Source: a bacterium
GTDB taxonomy: Bacteria; Omnitrophota; Gorgyraeia; Duberdicusellales; 4484-171
NCBI GenBank assembly: GCA_021796115.1
Contig: JAJYOP010000004.1
Coordinates: 4,680 to 68,679 of the forward strand
Reading direction: 5' to 3'
Length of the DNA: 64,000 bases
In this document: positions 39,248-47,964 of the stretch, piece by piece
How positions within the stretch are numbered: position 1 is the stretch's first letter
Layout: each line of letters begins with the position of its first letter
Notes under the pieces: model-generated
The model's input: only the letters and a program-made list of their open reading frames with translations
Databases searched by the model: none
Told to the model about the DNA's origin: nothing
Position numbers and translations under genes: made by a program

Positions 39248-39352
39248 AATAATCTAGATTTTTATCTTCGTTATCGCTTGTTTTACATAGAGTTATGCAA
39301 AGATACCCTTAAATTTTGGGGAATGTCCAGAAAATTTAGCAGATTATGGCAG

Positions 39353-39586
39353 TTAAAATTTGAATTTCTTTACATCCTTAATTACTCTTGTTGCTTTTTT
39401 CTTACTGATGGGAATATAAGGGTAAGACAAGCCGAAAGTGCTGGCTATAGCGAAATTTATCAAGTCTTTGCGGGAAACAGACCAGGCAGAATACCCTTTA
39501 TCCGACAATTCATCAAGTTTCTTGATAATCCCATCAAGTTCCCGCAATAAGGTTTCTTCTAAATCAACTCTTACGGTTTTAAACAT
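39353..39586 (-). CDS. Possible ribbon-helix-helix (CopG-like) protein
   Basis: The N-terminal KTVRVDLEETLLRELDGIIKKL resembles an RHH strand-helix. It is divergent from an XRE regulator. Confidence 0.4.
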   Translation of the reverse strand: MFKTVRVDLEETLLRELDGIIKKLDELSDKGYSAWSVSRKDLINFAIASTFGLSYPYIPISKKKATRVIKDVKKFKF

Positions 39587-39720
39587 ATTTGTAATTACAG
39601 ATTAGCTAAAGGGCGCCCATTATAAAATATAATAGAGAATATATCGGAGGTGCAGGTGGGTATAATATCACCTTCTCTGTAAGGTGTCAAGAGCAAAGTT
39701 TTTGTGGTAATCATTTATTA

Positions 39721-39939
39721 ATGAGTAATGATATTAAAGTGGACTACTCGAGACGGCTTCGTCAGTTAAGGAAAAAACACAGACTTACCCAGCAAAAACT
39801 TGCCGAGCTTGCCAATGTGGAATACAAACACATCCAGAGGCTCGAGGGGAAGAAGCCCTGCGATGTTAAGCTCTCTACTCTGGAAAAAATCGCCAAAGCC
39901 TTCGATATCTCCGTTTCCAAACTTCTCGATTTCAAATAA
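39721..39939 (+). CDS. XRE-family helix-turn-helix transcriptional regulator
   Basis: RLRQLRKKHRLTQQKLAELANVEYKHIQRLEGK...LSTLEKIAKAFDISVSKLL. Confidence 0.8.
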   Translation: MSNDIKVDYSRRLRQLRKKHRLTQQKLAELANVEYKHIQRLEGKKPCDVKLSTLEKIAKAFDISVSKLLDFK

Positions 39940-39946
39940 AAACCTT

Positions 39947-39975
39947 CGCCCACCCCGGAGGTGGGCGCGGTTTTT
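39947..39975. terminator. Bidirectional intrinsic terminator
   Basis: cgcccacc-ccgga-ggtgggcg, flanked by A-runs and T-runs. It lies between the XRE gene and radC. Confidence 0.7.
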
Positions 39976-40672
39976 AAATCAAGCCTTTATCAGTGAAACT
40001 AAAATAAGTATCGTCACCGATAATGATGTGGTCAAGTACTGCTATTTGCAGGGCATTACCGGCTTTCACTAATTCCCGCGTAAACGTCTTATCGTCTGCG
40101 CTTGGCTGGGCATTTCCGGAAGGATGATTATGTAGGCAAATAATCGAGGTCGCAAAATTCTGCAGAGCTTTCTGGAAAATTTCTCTTAAAATAGGTGAGA
40201 CACGGTTGACTGTGCCTTCGGTTATCTCCACAATATCGATAATTCTGTTTTGCGCATTAAGAAGCAACACCTTGAATACTTCTTTGGGTAAATCCCGCAT
40301 CCGCGGCATTAAAATATCCACGGCATCCTGCGAAGATTTTAATTTTACTCTAGTTTCTTTTGTTTCCTCGCCGAACCTTCTTCCTATTTCGATAGAGGCT
40401 TTTATTTGCGCAATCTTGGCATCGCCAAGGCCTTTAAATTCTTTCCAGTGCGATAAATCAGCAGAAGACATATTCCGGAAGGTTTTAAATTTATCCAGAA
40501 TTTTCCGTGCCAAATCAAGCGCGCTTTCGCCTTTTATTCCGGTGCGCAAAAGTATCGCCAGTAACTCCGAATTGCTTAAATTGTGTTCGCCTTTCTTCAG
40601 CAGTTTTTCTCTTGGCCGGTCTTCTTTTGGCCAATGATTTATAGGAAAATGGTATTCTTTAATTTTACTCAT
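39974..40672 (-). CDS. radC: RadC-like JAB/MPN domain protein
   Basis: HhH N-terminus (SNSELLAILLRTG) and the JAMM motif HNHPSGNAQPSADD. Confidence 0.9.
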   Translation of the reverse strand: MSKIKEYHFPINHWPKEDRPREKLLKKGEHNLSNSELLAILLRTGIKGESALDLARKILDKFKTFRNMSSADLSHWKEFKGLGDAKIAQIKASIEIGRRFGEETKETRVKLKSSQDAVDILMPRMRDLPKEVFKVLLLNAQNRIIDIVEITEGTVNRVSPILREIFQKALQNFATSIICLHNHPSGNAQPSADDKTFTRELVKAGNALQIAVLDHIIIGDDTYFSFTDKGLI

Positions 40673-40756
40673 AGCTAATTTACTATTGACCAGACAGAGG
40701 CTTAAAACCAGAGGTCTATTTGCTTTGAGGCCGATGAACGTTAATTTATTTACCTT

Positions 40757-41005
40757 TTATTCTTTAGGCAGTCTTTTCTTCATAAACTCGCCGAAGAGAA
40801 ACAACATTGATGAGCAAAACAATCCTTTGGCAAAAAAATACATCTGCAAATTCATTTCTGCCGGGTCGATAATAAGCTTGCCTCTTAAAAACGGCGACTT
40901 GTCAGCACTGAAACTGACAAAATATCCTCCAAAATAAAGCCAGGAGCAAATAACCAGAATAAAAAGTGCCACTATCGGGTTTACCCATTTTAAATAGAAT
41001 TTCAT
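40757..41005 (-). CDS. Hypothetical small membrane protein
   Basis: 82 aa with two hydrophobic helices. Confidence 0.4.
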   Translation of the reverse strand: MKFYLKWVNPIVALFILVICSWLYFGGYFVSFSADKSPFLRGKLIIDPAEMNLQMYFFAKGLFCSSMLFLFGEFMKKRLPKE

Positions 41006-41088
41006 AAGCCCCTCCTTTGAATTATTAATTTCCAGGCAGAGTAAGATAAAAAATAAAGCAATTTTTTAACTAAAATTTTTATCGCTTC

Positions 41089-41499
41089 CTACTTCTTGAT
41101 TGGTTCCGGAACAGTAAGCCCGGCCGCTTTGATGGCTTGATTCGCCCTGATGAAAGGCAGTTTTATGGCATAAACGGAGAGTAAGGCAAATATTAAAAGC
41201 AGGGAAGCAATCGCGATGTAAATTGCCGCAAGAATTGATTCTTTCTTCAGAGTAAAAACTAACACGGCAAAAATAATAAATACTACAAACAGAATAGGGA
41301 TTAAAATAAGGAGCATTTTCGAAAAAGCATGGCTTATGGTAAGAAGCAGTGCTGTTAAATAAGGCAGCTTCATCCCCAAATGGCTATATAATTTTACATG
41401 CTGCGGCGTAATAAAAAGAAGGATGTCGAGATTAATTATTACCAACATCAAAATGGCAAAAAGCGAAGAAATGGCAAGGTCTTTTTTGCTGAACTTCAT
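41089..41499 (-). CDS. Hypothetical membrane protein
   Basis: 136 aa with four hydrophobic helices. Confidence 0.45.
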   Translation of the reverse strand: MKFSKKDLAISSLFAILMLVIINLDILLFITPQHVKLYSHLGMKLPYLTALLLTISHAFSKMLLILIPILFVVFIIFAVLVFTLKKESILAAIYIAIASLLLIFALLSVYAIKLPFIRANQAIKAAGLTVPEPIKK

Positions 41500-41689
41500 T
41501 ATTAACCCCCTCTTCTTTATTTTTTACCAGAAATAATTTTATCCGTTCTTGACTCTCTTATAAATTATACCACTCTCCTTATAAATTTAAACATAGATTA
41601 TTTAAAAAACTCCTTGCTTGCCTTGGCAAATATGTCTATAATAAACCAAATAGATTTGCGGCAAGCAGGCAAATTTGCTAATAAAATCA

Positions 41690-42595
41690 ATGAATTTAAC
41701 TACAAAACTCGGCAATCTATCCCTCAAAACCCCGATTATTTGTGCTTCCGGGACTTTCGGTTACGGCGAAGAAATAAAAGAGCTGGTCGATTTTAAAAAT
41801 ATCGGCGCGATAACCACAAAAACAATTACTTTACAACCGCGTGAAGGAAACCCAGCGCCAAGAATTTATGAGACTGACTACGGTGTGATAAATTCTATCG
41901 GCCTCGAAAATCCCGGCTTGGACGGGTTCTTGGAAGAAAAACTTCCCAAATTAACTGAGCTTCCCGTGAAATTTATCGTCAGCGTGGGCGGTTTTTCGCA
42001 AGAAGATTACGAGGAAATAGTCGGTCGGCTTGAAACCAAAAATGAAATCGAAGCACTTGAAGTCAATCTTTCCTGCCCGAACATAAAAATGAAAAAAATG
42101 TTTTCACAAAATAAAGAGCTTACCTATAACCTCGTCAAATCTCTAAGATCCCTGACCAAGAAAACGCTGATTATAAAACTTACGCCTGAAGTCAGCGACA
42201 TTGTCGAAATCGCCAAAGCCGCGGAAGATGCCGGCGCAGACGCGCTGTCAGCGGTAAATACTTTCTTTGCCATAGCCATAGACACCGAAACCAAAAAGCC
42301 TTATCTAGGAAGTATTTATGGCGGATATTCCGGAAGAGCGATAAAGCCGCTCGCACTTTATAAGACTTGGCAGGTAGCAAAAAACGTCAAGGTTCCGGTT
42401 ATTGGCGGCGGCGGCATAGAAAATACAAACGATACTCTTGAGTTTATTTTAGCCGGCGCAACCGCAGTTAGTTTAGGTACGGTGAATTTAGTTTATCCAA
42501 ACAAAGCTACTGATATAGTAAAAGGGATAAAAGATTATCTTACGCAGACAAAAATAGACGACATCAATAAATTAAAAGGGGCACTTATCGTATGA
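41690..42595 (+). CDS. pyrD: Dihydroorotate dehydrogenase (class 1B catalytic subunit)
   Basis: The start is reset to MNLTTKLGNLSLKTPIICASGTFGYG. Contains NLSCPN and IGGGGI. Its partner pyrK is 5 kb away. Confidence 0.9.
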   Translation: MNLTTKLGNLSLKTPIICASGTFGYGEEIKELVDFKNIGAITTKTITLQPREGNPAPRIYETDYGVINSIGLENPGLDGFLEEKLPKLTELPVKFIVSVGGFSQEDYEEIVGRLETKNEIEALEVNLSCPNIKMKKMFSQNKELTYNLVKSLRSLTKKTLIIKLTPEVSDIVEIAKAAEDAGADALSAVNTFFAIAIDTETKKPYLGSIYGGYSGRAIKPLALYKTWQVAKNVKVPVIGGGGIENTNDTLEFILAGATAVSLGTVNLVYPNKATDIVKGIKDYLTQTKIDDINKLKGALIV

Positions 42596-43275
42596 CAAAT
42601 CAGGCCTTGCCTTGGAAAAAATTGATTGTGGCGCTGGATTTAAATAGCGAAGAAGAAATAGACGAAGTTGTTAAATTACTTGCGCCGGAAAAAGTTAAAT
42701 TCAAAATCGGCTCAATCGCCTTTACTAAATTCGGCCCGGAGCTGGTGAGGAAATTTACCAAAAAAGGTATAGACATTTTCGTCGACTTGAAATTATACGA
42801 TATACCCAATACCATGAAAGAAACCGCAAGCATAATCACCGAAATGGCTGCCTGGGCATTTACCGTGCATACCAAGGCAGGAGAGGAAGCTTTAATTGCT
42901 GTCAGGGATGAAGTGGCTAAATGTGCCAAGGAAAAAGATATCCGCAAACCGCTTATCTTGGGTGTTACCGAGCTCACCAGTGCAACCGCTTCTTTAGCAG
43001 AAGTGCTCAACTTGGTAGAAGTTGCGCATGCGGCAAGAATTGACGGAGTAATTGCCTCGCCACAAGATTTGCAGGCGATTAAAGCCAAATTTAAAAACGC
43101 ATTAAAAGTTATAACCCCGGGTATTCGCTCGCCCCTTGACGAAAAGGGCGACCAAAAAAGAATTTCCACGGCAAAAACCGCATTTAGTAACGGAGCTGAT
43201 TACATCGTTGTCGGTCGGCCGATAATTTCCAGGAAAGATTACCTGAAAGCCGCAGAAGAAGTTTTAAGCTATTAA
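42592..43275 (+). CDS. pyrF: Orotidine 5'-phosphate decarboxylase
   Basis: LIVALD, DLKLYDIPNT and VVGRPI motifs. Confidence 0.9.
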   Translation: MTNQALPWKKLIVALDLNSEEEIDEVVKLLAPEKVKFKIGSIAFTKFGPELVRKFTKKGIDIFVDLKLYDIPNTMKETASIITEMAAWAFTVHTKAGEEALIAVRDEVAKCAKEKDIRKPLILGVTELTSATASLAEVLNLVEVAHAARIDGVIASPQDLQAIKAKFKNALKVITPGIRSPLDEKGDQKRISTAKTAFSNGADYIVVGRPIISRKDYLKAAEEVLSY

Positions 43276-43281
43276 ACAAAC

Positions 43282-43845
43282 ATGAATGAAATTATCGAAA
43301 ACATTAAAAAAAGAAGATCGGTAAGAGCTTACGAGGCAAAGCCGGTACCGGAAGATATCTTAATGCAGATAATCGATGCCGGAAATTCCGCGCCAAGCGG
43401 CGGCAATTCTCAAGGCTGGAGATTCGTGGTGGCAGAGGAAGAAAAATTCCGGAAAAAACTCACGAAAATTGCCATACCGCGCTACAAAAAATGGATGGAA
43501 AGCGCTCCGGAAAACTTGAAAGAAATGCGCAAAGAAGTTGATGCAAAAACCAGCGACCCTATTTTTTACCTGGCTCCGGCAATCGTTTTTGTTATTGGCT
43601 CGGGAATGAGCAAAGATTTGGACTGCCCGATGGTTTGTCAGAATATCATGCTTGCCGCGCGCTCACTCAACATCGGCAGTTGCTGGGTTTTTTTTGGTCA
43701 ATTAGCTTTAAACGACCCGGAGATTAAAAAAGCGCTTGAACTGAAAGATAACGAAAGAGTCTATGGGCCGATTTTATTAGGCTATCCTGAAGGCGGATTT
43801 CCCGATTCACCGCCTAAAAAACAACCTACAGTAAAAATAATTTAA
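43282..43845 (+). CDS. Nitroreductase family protein
   Basis: RRSVRAY and APSGGNSQGWRFVV. Confidence 0.85.
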   Translation: MNEIIENIKKRRSVRAYEAKPVPEDILMQIIDAGNSAPSGGNSQGWRFVVAEEEKFRKKLTKIAIPRYKKWMESAPENLKEMRKEVDAKTSDPIFYLAPAIVFVIGSGMSKDLDCPMVCQNIMLAARSLNIGSCWVFFGQLALNDPEIKKALELKDNERVYGPILLGYPEGGFPDSPPKKQPTVKII

Positions 43846-43847
43846 AT

Positions 43848-44105
43848 ATGTTAATCGTCCCTGGCGTCATTTTAGGGTTTTTAACCGGGATGATAAATTT
43901 TTCGGTATTTGAAAGACAGTTAGAGCGATTTCTCGCGACAAAAAAAGTGTTGCCAGTGCTTTTGAGTTACGCGGTCAGGTATATTTTTATTGGTTTGATT
44001 TTTTATTACGCGATAAAAATAGAAATGCAGTTTTTTATTGCCACCATTGCCGGATTTCTCGCCGCTCAAATCGTATTTTTCTCCCGAAAAGCCAGGAAAA
44101 TGTAA
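43848..44105 (+). CDS. Hypothetical small membrane protein
   Basis: 85 aa with three hydrophobic segments. It starts 2 nt after the nitroreductase stop. Confidence 0.45.
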   Translation: MLIVPGVILGFLTGMINFSVFERQLERFLATKKVLPVLLSYAVRYIFIGLIFYYAIKIEMQFFIATIAGFLAAQIVFFSRKARKM

Positions 44106-44504
44106 GTTTAAACAACAAATATCAGTCGCACGTATCAGTTAACAGGTAAGACACGAGGCAATTAAACCATGCCATGTGCTACGTGAAATGCAACCGATAA
44201 AAAGAGCGAAGAGCCTCTCCGAAGGGAACCGCGCAGCCGATAGACGCACGATGATTTGTAAAAATCAGCGTTAAAAAGGATTTTAAGGGACAAAATGACC
44301 CCCATTGACGGCTCAGCCTTTTTTGCATATAATAACACCCTATGCGACTCGCCGAAAAAACTGCTTTCAAGGTAGTTATCCAGCGGGGTGCTTATAGTGA
44401 ATAATTTTAAAGGTATGAGTATCAAATAACCCCCAATTTCCTTAGTAAAATCAGGCGCTCCGTCTTTATTTTTTGTTATTTTATTTATTAACTTAAAGTT
44501 TATC

Positions 44505-44576
44505 GGGCGGTTGGCGCAGCGGAAGCGCATCTCGTTTACACCGAGGGGGTCGTGGGTTCAAATCCTACACCGCCCA
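44505..44576 (+). tRNA. tRNA-Val (anticodon TAC); CCA not encoded
   Basis: The acceptor stem pairs GGGCGGT with ACCGCCC. The anticodon loop is TTTACAC. The T-arm is gtgggTTCAAATcctac. The discriminator is A at 44576. Confidence 0.9.
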
Positions 44577-44590
44577 TATATGAGAAAAAA

Positions 44591-45106
44591 ATGAAACTCA
44601 GTCGCCATATATTACTAGCAATTTTTATTTTATCAGTAGTGTCTTGTTCAAATGGTGGAAAATATGTTAATAGGGAGGCAAATTATGAAATTATGGTTCC
44701 TCATGGCTGGCATGTTGTTCCACACCAAGATTTACGTTCGGTTTCTTTTACAAAATATAGCACCCAGAAATATGGTAATTCAGTCATCAGTTTACGAGTG
44801 GATAGTATTAGATTTGAATCGCCAATGGAACAGCTAGAAAGTGAATTGTTGCCCGCCTTTTTAGCTGCCAATGAAAGCGAAAATACTTCAATGCAAGTCG
44901 TTGATGGTCCACAAACTGTTAGTATAAATGGGAAGAGCTGGGCAATGGTAAAATGCTATGACGGTAGCGATAAAATTTTACGCATTTATGTTACATTTTC
45001 CAATAAAAATAGTTTTGCGATTATTCTTTTTTCTGCAGGACAAAAGCGCATAGAAGATGAAAAAATATTTTTAACTACGATAAACTCTTTATCTATTCAT
45101 AATTAA
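44591..45106 (+). CDS. Putative lipoprotein
   Basis: The start is reset to MKLSRHILLAIFILSVVSCSNGG (lipobox VVSC). The ORF-track start lies inside tRNA-Val. Confidence 0.6.
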   Translation: MKLSRHILLAIFILSVVSCSNGGKYVNREANYEIMVPHGWHVVPHQDLRSVSFTKYSTQKYGNSVISLRVDSIRFESPMEQLESELLPAFLAANESENTSMQVVDGPQTVSINGKSWAMVKCYDGSDKILRIYVTFSNKNSFAIILFSAGQKRIEDEKIFLTTINSLSIHN

Positions 45107-45107
45107 A

Positions 45108-46814
45108 ATGGAACTAAACACACTAAGACATTCTTGTTCGCACATTATGGCCGAAGCCGTAAAAAAGCTCTATCCGAATGCCAAATTAGGAATTGGGCCG
45201 GCGATTGAAAACGGCTTTTACTATGACTTTGAAATTCCAGGCGGCATCAAGGAAGAAGATTTGGCCAAAATCGAAGAGCTGATGAACGAAGCGGTTAAGA
45301 AGAATGTTCCTTTTGTGCACGAGGATTGGAAGTCAAAAGACGCGATAGATTTTTTTATCAAGAAGGGAGAAAATTTCAAGGTCGAACTCATCAGAGATTT
45401 AAACCAAGACACGGTTTCCATTTATAAAAACGGAGACTTCACCGACCTTTGCAAGGGTCCGCACGTTAATTCAACCGGCGAGGTAAAATATTTTAAAATT
45501 CTTTCTACTTCAGGCGCCTATTGGAAAGGCATTGATACCAACCAGCAGCTGGTGCGCATTTACGGAACCGTTTTTTTAACCAAAAAAGAATTAGACGATT
45601 ATCTTAAGCTTTTAGAAGAAGCAAAAGTAAGGGATCATCGCCATCTCGGCCGTGAATTAAAGTTTTTCGATATCTACCACAATGAAGCCGGAGCGGGGCT
45701 GGTTTTTTACCAGCCGGACGGCGCAACTCTAAGGCGAATAATTGAAGACTGGGAAATCAAAGAACACAAGGTACGCGGTTACAAAATGGTTATCACCCCG
45801 CATATTATGGATAAAAAATTGTGGCAGAAATCCGGCCACCTTGATTTTTACCAGGAACATATGTATCCGATAATAAAAGACAACCAGGAGTTCATTTTGA
45901 AACCGATGAACTGCCCGGGACATATTTTGATTTATAAATCAGCCTTGCGCAGCTGGAGAGATTTGCCACTACGTATTTTTGAATTGGGCACGGTTTACCG
46001 TTATGAAAAGAGCGGAGTCCTTCACGGTCTTCTTCGTGTCCGAGGCTTTACTCAGGATGATGCGCACATATTTTGTCGCAAGGAAGACGTAGCTCAGGAG
46101 ATAAAAGGCGTGCTTGATTTTGTCAGCGACACCATGTATAAATTCGGTTTTAATGATTTCACTGCTGAACTTTCCACGCGGCCGAAAGACTTTATCGGCG
46201 AAAAAGAAATCTGGGACGTTTCGGAGAAAATCCTTTTGGATGTGCTTAAAGAGAAGAAAATCAATTACAAAATAAACGAAGGCGACGGAGCTTTTTACGG
46301 CCCGAAAATCGATATCAAACTTAAAGATGCTCTCGGGCGAGAGTGGCAATGCGCAACTATTCAGCTTGATTTCAATATGCCGGAAAGATTCGATGTAACT
46401 TACCGCGCCGAAGACGGGAAAGATACTCGTGCGGTGATGATTCATCGCGTGGTTTTTGGGAGCCTTGAGAGATTTATCGCGACTTTAATCGAACACTATG
46501 CCGGAAAATTCCCGCTCTGGCTTTCACCGGTGCAGGTTGCCATAATCAACATTACCGAAGATGTTAAGGATTATGCTTTAGAGATAAAAGACGCCTTGGA
46601 AAAAGAAAATTTCCGCGTAGAGAGCGATTTACGTAACGAAACGCTCCAGAGAAAAATCAGAGAAAAAGAATTGCAGAAAATTCCTTACATGGCCATTGTT
46701 GGGAAAAAAGAAAAAGAAGCCGGAAAAATTTCCGTAAGAGCCAGGGGAATGAAAAATTTAGGGAGTATGGATATTAAAGAATTTTCAGCTCTTTTAAGAA
46801 AGGAGTTAGGTTAA
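45108..46814 (+). CDS. thrS: Threonine-tRNA ligase lacking the N-terminal TGS domain
   Basis: It begins at the editing-domain motif LRHSCSHIMAEAV. The class II core and anticodon-binding domain are present. 568 aa. Confidence 0.95.
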   Translation: MELNTLRHSCSHIMAEAVKKLYPNAKLGIGPAIENGFYYDFEIPGGIKEEDLAKIEELMNEAVKKNVPFVHEDWKSKDAIDFFIKKGENFKVELIRDLNQDTVSIYKNGDFTDLCKGPHVNSTGEVKYFKILSTSGAYWKGIDTNQQLVRIYGTVFLTKKELDDYLKLLEEAKVRDHRHLGRELKFFDIYHNEAGAGLVFYQPDGATLRRIIEDWEIKEHKVRGYKMVITPHIMDKKLWQKSGHLDFYQEHMYPIIKDNQEFILKPMNCPGHILIYKSALRSWRDLPLRIFELGTVYRYEKSGVLHGLLRVRGFTQDDAHIFCRKEDVAQEIKGVLDFVSDTMYKFGFNDFTAELSTRPKDFIGEKEIWDVSEKILLDVLKEKKINYKINEGDGAFYGPKIDIKLKDALGREWQCATIQLDFNMPERFDVTYRAEDGKDTRAVMIHRVVFGSLERFIATLIEHYAGKFPLWLSPVQVAIINITEDVKDYALEIKDALEKENFRVESDLRNETLQRKIREKELQKIPYMAIVGKKEKEAGKISVRARGMKNLGSMDIKEFSALLRKELG

Positions 46815-46822
46815 TATTACGT

Positions 46823-47034
46823 TAAACTCTAAACTCTAAATGGTTCGGCTCGCCTAAAGACTCGCTTACTATTCTCAAGCGAACTATAGTAGAGCCAAAG
46901 GACAAATCCAAAATTACAAACTCCAAAAACTTGTTTTCAAGTTTGTAATTTGTTATTTGTGATTTGTTTAGGATTTCCCACCAGAAGCGGGTCCGCCAAA
47001 ATATAAAAATCATCGGTGGCGAAAGAATTTAGTG
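46823..47034. repeat. Family A word-hairpin, copy 7, with nested inserts including module X
   Basis: taaactctaaactctaaa...[ggctcgcctaaagactcgcttactattctcaagcgaactatagtagagcc]...gatttcccaccagaagcgggtccgccaaaatataaaaatcatcggtggcg...agaatttagtgtttagagttt. Confidence 0.75.
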
Positions 47035-47067
47035 TTTAGAGTTTGAGAAAAAAGGAGGTAAAAGCGA

Positions 47068-47571
47068 GTGAGGTATATAAGAGTCAACGAGAGGATTTTC
47101 GCAAAGACCTTAAGGTTAATCGGCCCTGAAGGCGAGCAGCTTGGGATTTTTCCCAAAGAATTGGCTCTAAAAAAAGCCGACGAAGCAGATCTTGATTTGG
47201 TTGAGGTAGCCCCTCAAGCCCAGCCGCCGGTCTGCCGCATCATGGATTTTTCCAAATACCGGTATGAACAGGAAAAACGTGAGCGCGAAGTAAAAAAACA
47301 TCAAAAGCAGGCTCAGCTCAAAGAGATAAGAGTGAGCCCGCGAATTGATATACATGATTACGAAATAAAATTAAAACATATAAAAGAATTTCTGGGAAAA
47401 GGCCATAAAGTCAGAATCAGAATGTTATTTCGCGGCAGGGAAATGGCCCATAAAGATATAGGCAACCGCGTAATCGAAAAATTAGTCCAGGACATCGATA
47501 AAGTAGGGAAAATAGATAAGGAACCAATAATGCTGGGAAAAGCATTAATCATGGTTCTGGGCCCAAAATAA
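47068..47571 (+). CDS. infC: Translation initiation factor IF-3
   Basis: A GTG start lies 9 nt after AAGGAGG. The protein begins RVNERIFAKTLRLIGPEGEQLGI. A non-AUG start fits the known IF-3 autoregulation. Confidence 0.9.
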   Translation: MRYIRVNERIFAKTLRLIGPEGEQLGIFPKELALKKADEADLDLVEVAPQAQPPVCRIMDFSKYRYEQEKREREVKKHQKQAQLKEIRVSPRIDIHDYEIKLKHIKEFLGKGHKVRIRMLFRGREMAHKDIGNRVIEKLVQDIDKVGKIDKEPIMLGKALIMVLGPK

Positions 47572-47573
47572 TA

Positions 47574-47661
47574 GACGCAGATTCCCGCGCAAAAACGCGG
47601 ATTCCCGCAGATAGGAAAGTATCTGCGACTATCCGCGTTACATCTGCGAATATCTGCGTTA
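47574..47661. repeat. Word-hairpin, family E (CGCAG/CTGCG words), copy 1
   Basis: gacgcagattcccgcgcaaaaacgcggattcccgcagataggaaagtatctgcgactatccgcgttacatctgcgaatatctgcgttaa. Confidence 0.75.
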
Positions 47662-47675
47662 AAAAAGGAGTTTAA

Positions 47676-47876
47676 ATGCCCAAACTAAAAACAAAAAAAG
47701 GATTGGCAAAAAGAGTTCATGTTACCAAAAAAGGGAAAGTCCTTCGGCCGAAGAGCTCCCGAAGACATCTTTTAACTGCAAGGTCAGAAAAAAGAAAAAG
47801 GTTTTTAAGAAAAAAAGACTTAGTCGCCGGCACGGAAATGAAAGCCGTCAGACGCGCTTTGCCTTATTCGTTTTAG
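47676..47876 (+). CDS. rpmI: 50S ribosomal protein L35
   Basis: MPKLKTKKGLAKRV... Confidence 0.9.
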   Translation: MPKLKTKKGLAKRVHVTKKGKVLRPKSSRRHLLTARSEKRKRFLRKKDLVAGTEMKAVRRALPYSF

Positions 47877-47902
47877 AGCATACCCCCCCCGGGGGGTAAT
47901 TC

Positions 47903-47948
47903 CAATGAGACTTGCCTTTTTGCAGGGCAAAAAGGCTTAGTCGAATTG
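47903..47948 (+). ncRNA. GA-clamp hairpin motif, copy 4 (rpmI-rplT spacer)
   Basis: cAATGAGAC-tt-gcctttttgc-agg-gcaaaaaggc-tta-GTCGAATTg. Confidence 0.45.
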
Positions 47949-47964
47949 TCATTAGGAGGAATAA

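Noticed and set aside
39278-39550. A 90-aa plus-strand ORF overlapping the RHH-like gene, and the 40206-40637 ORF inside radC.
   Set aside because: Both are antisense to better-supported ORFs. They have no SD or family signal.
44384-44460. TPP-riboswitch-like strings (GGGGTGC...tatgagt...aaccccc...ccttagtaaaatcaggcg).
   Set aside because: The conserved CUGAGA and ACCUGAUCUGGAUAAUGCCAGCG elements are not actually present. Downstream lie a tRNA and a lipoprotein, not thiamine genes.
44162-44530. A 122-aa minus-strand ORF upstream of tRNA-Val.
   Set aside because: Its start codon lies inside the tRNA-Val gene. Its composition is atypical and I recognise no motif.
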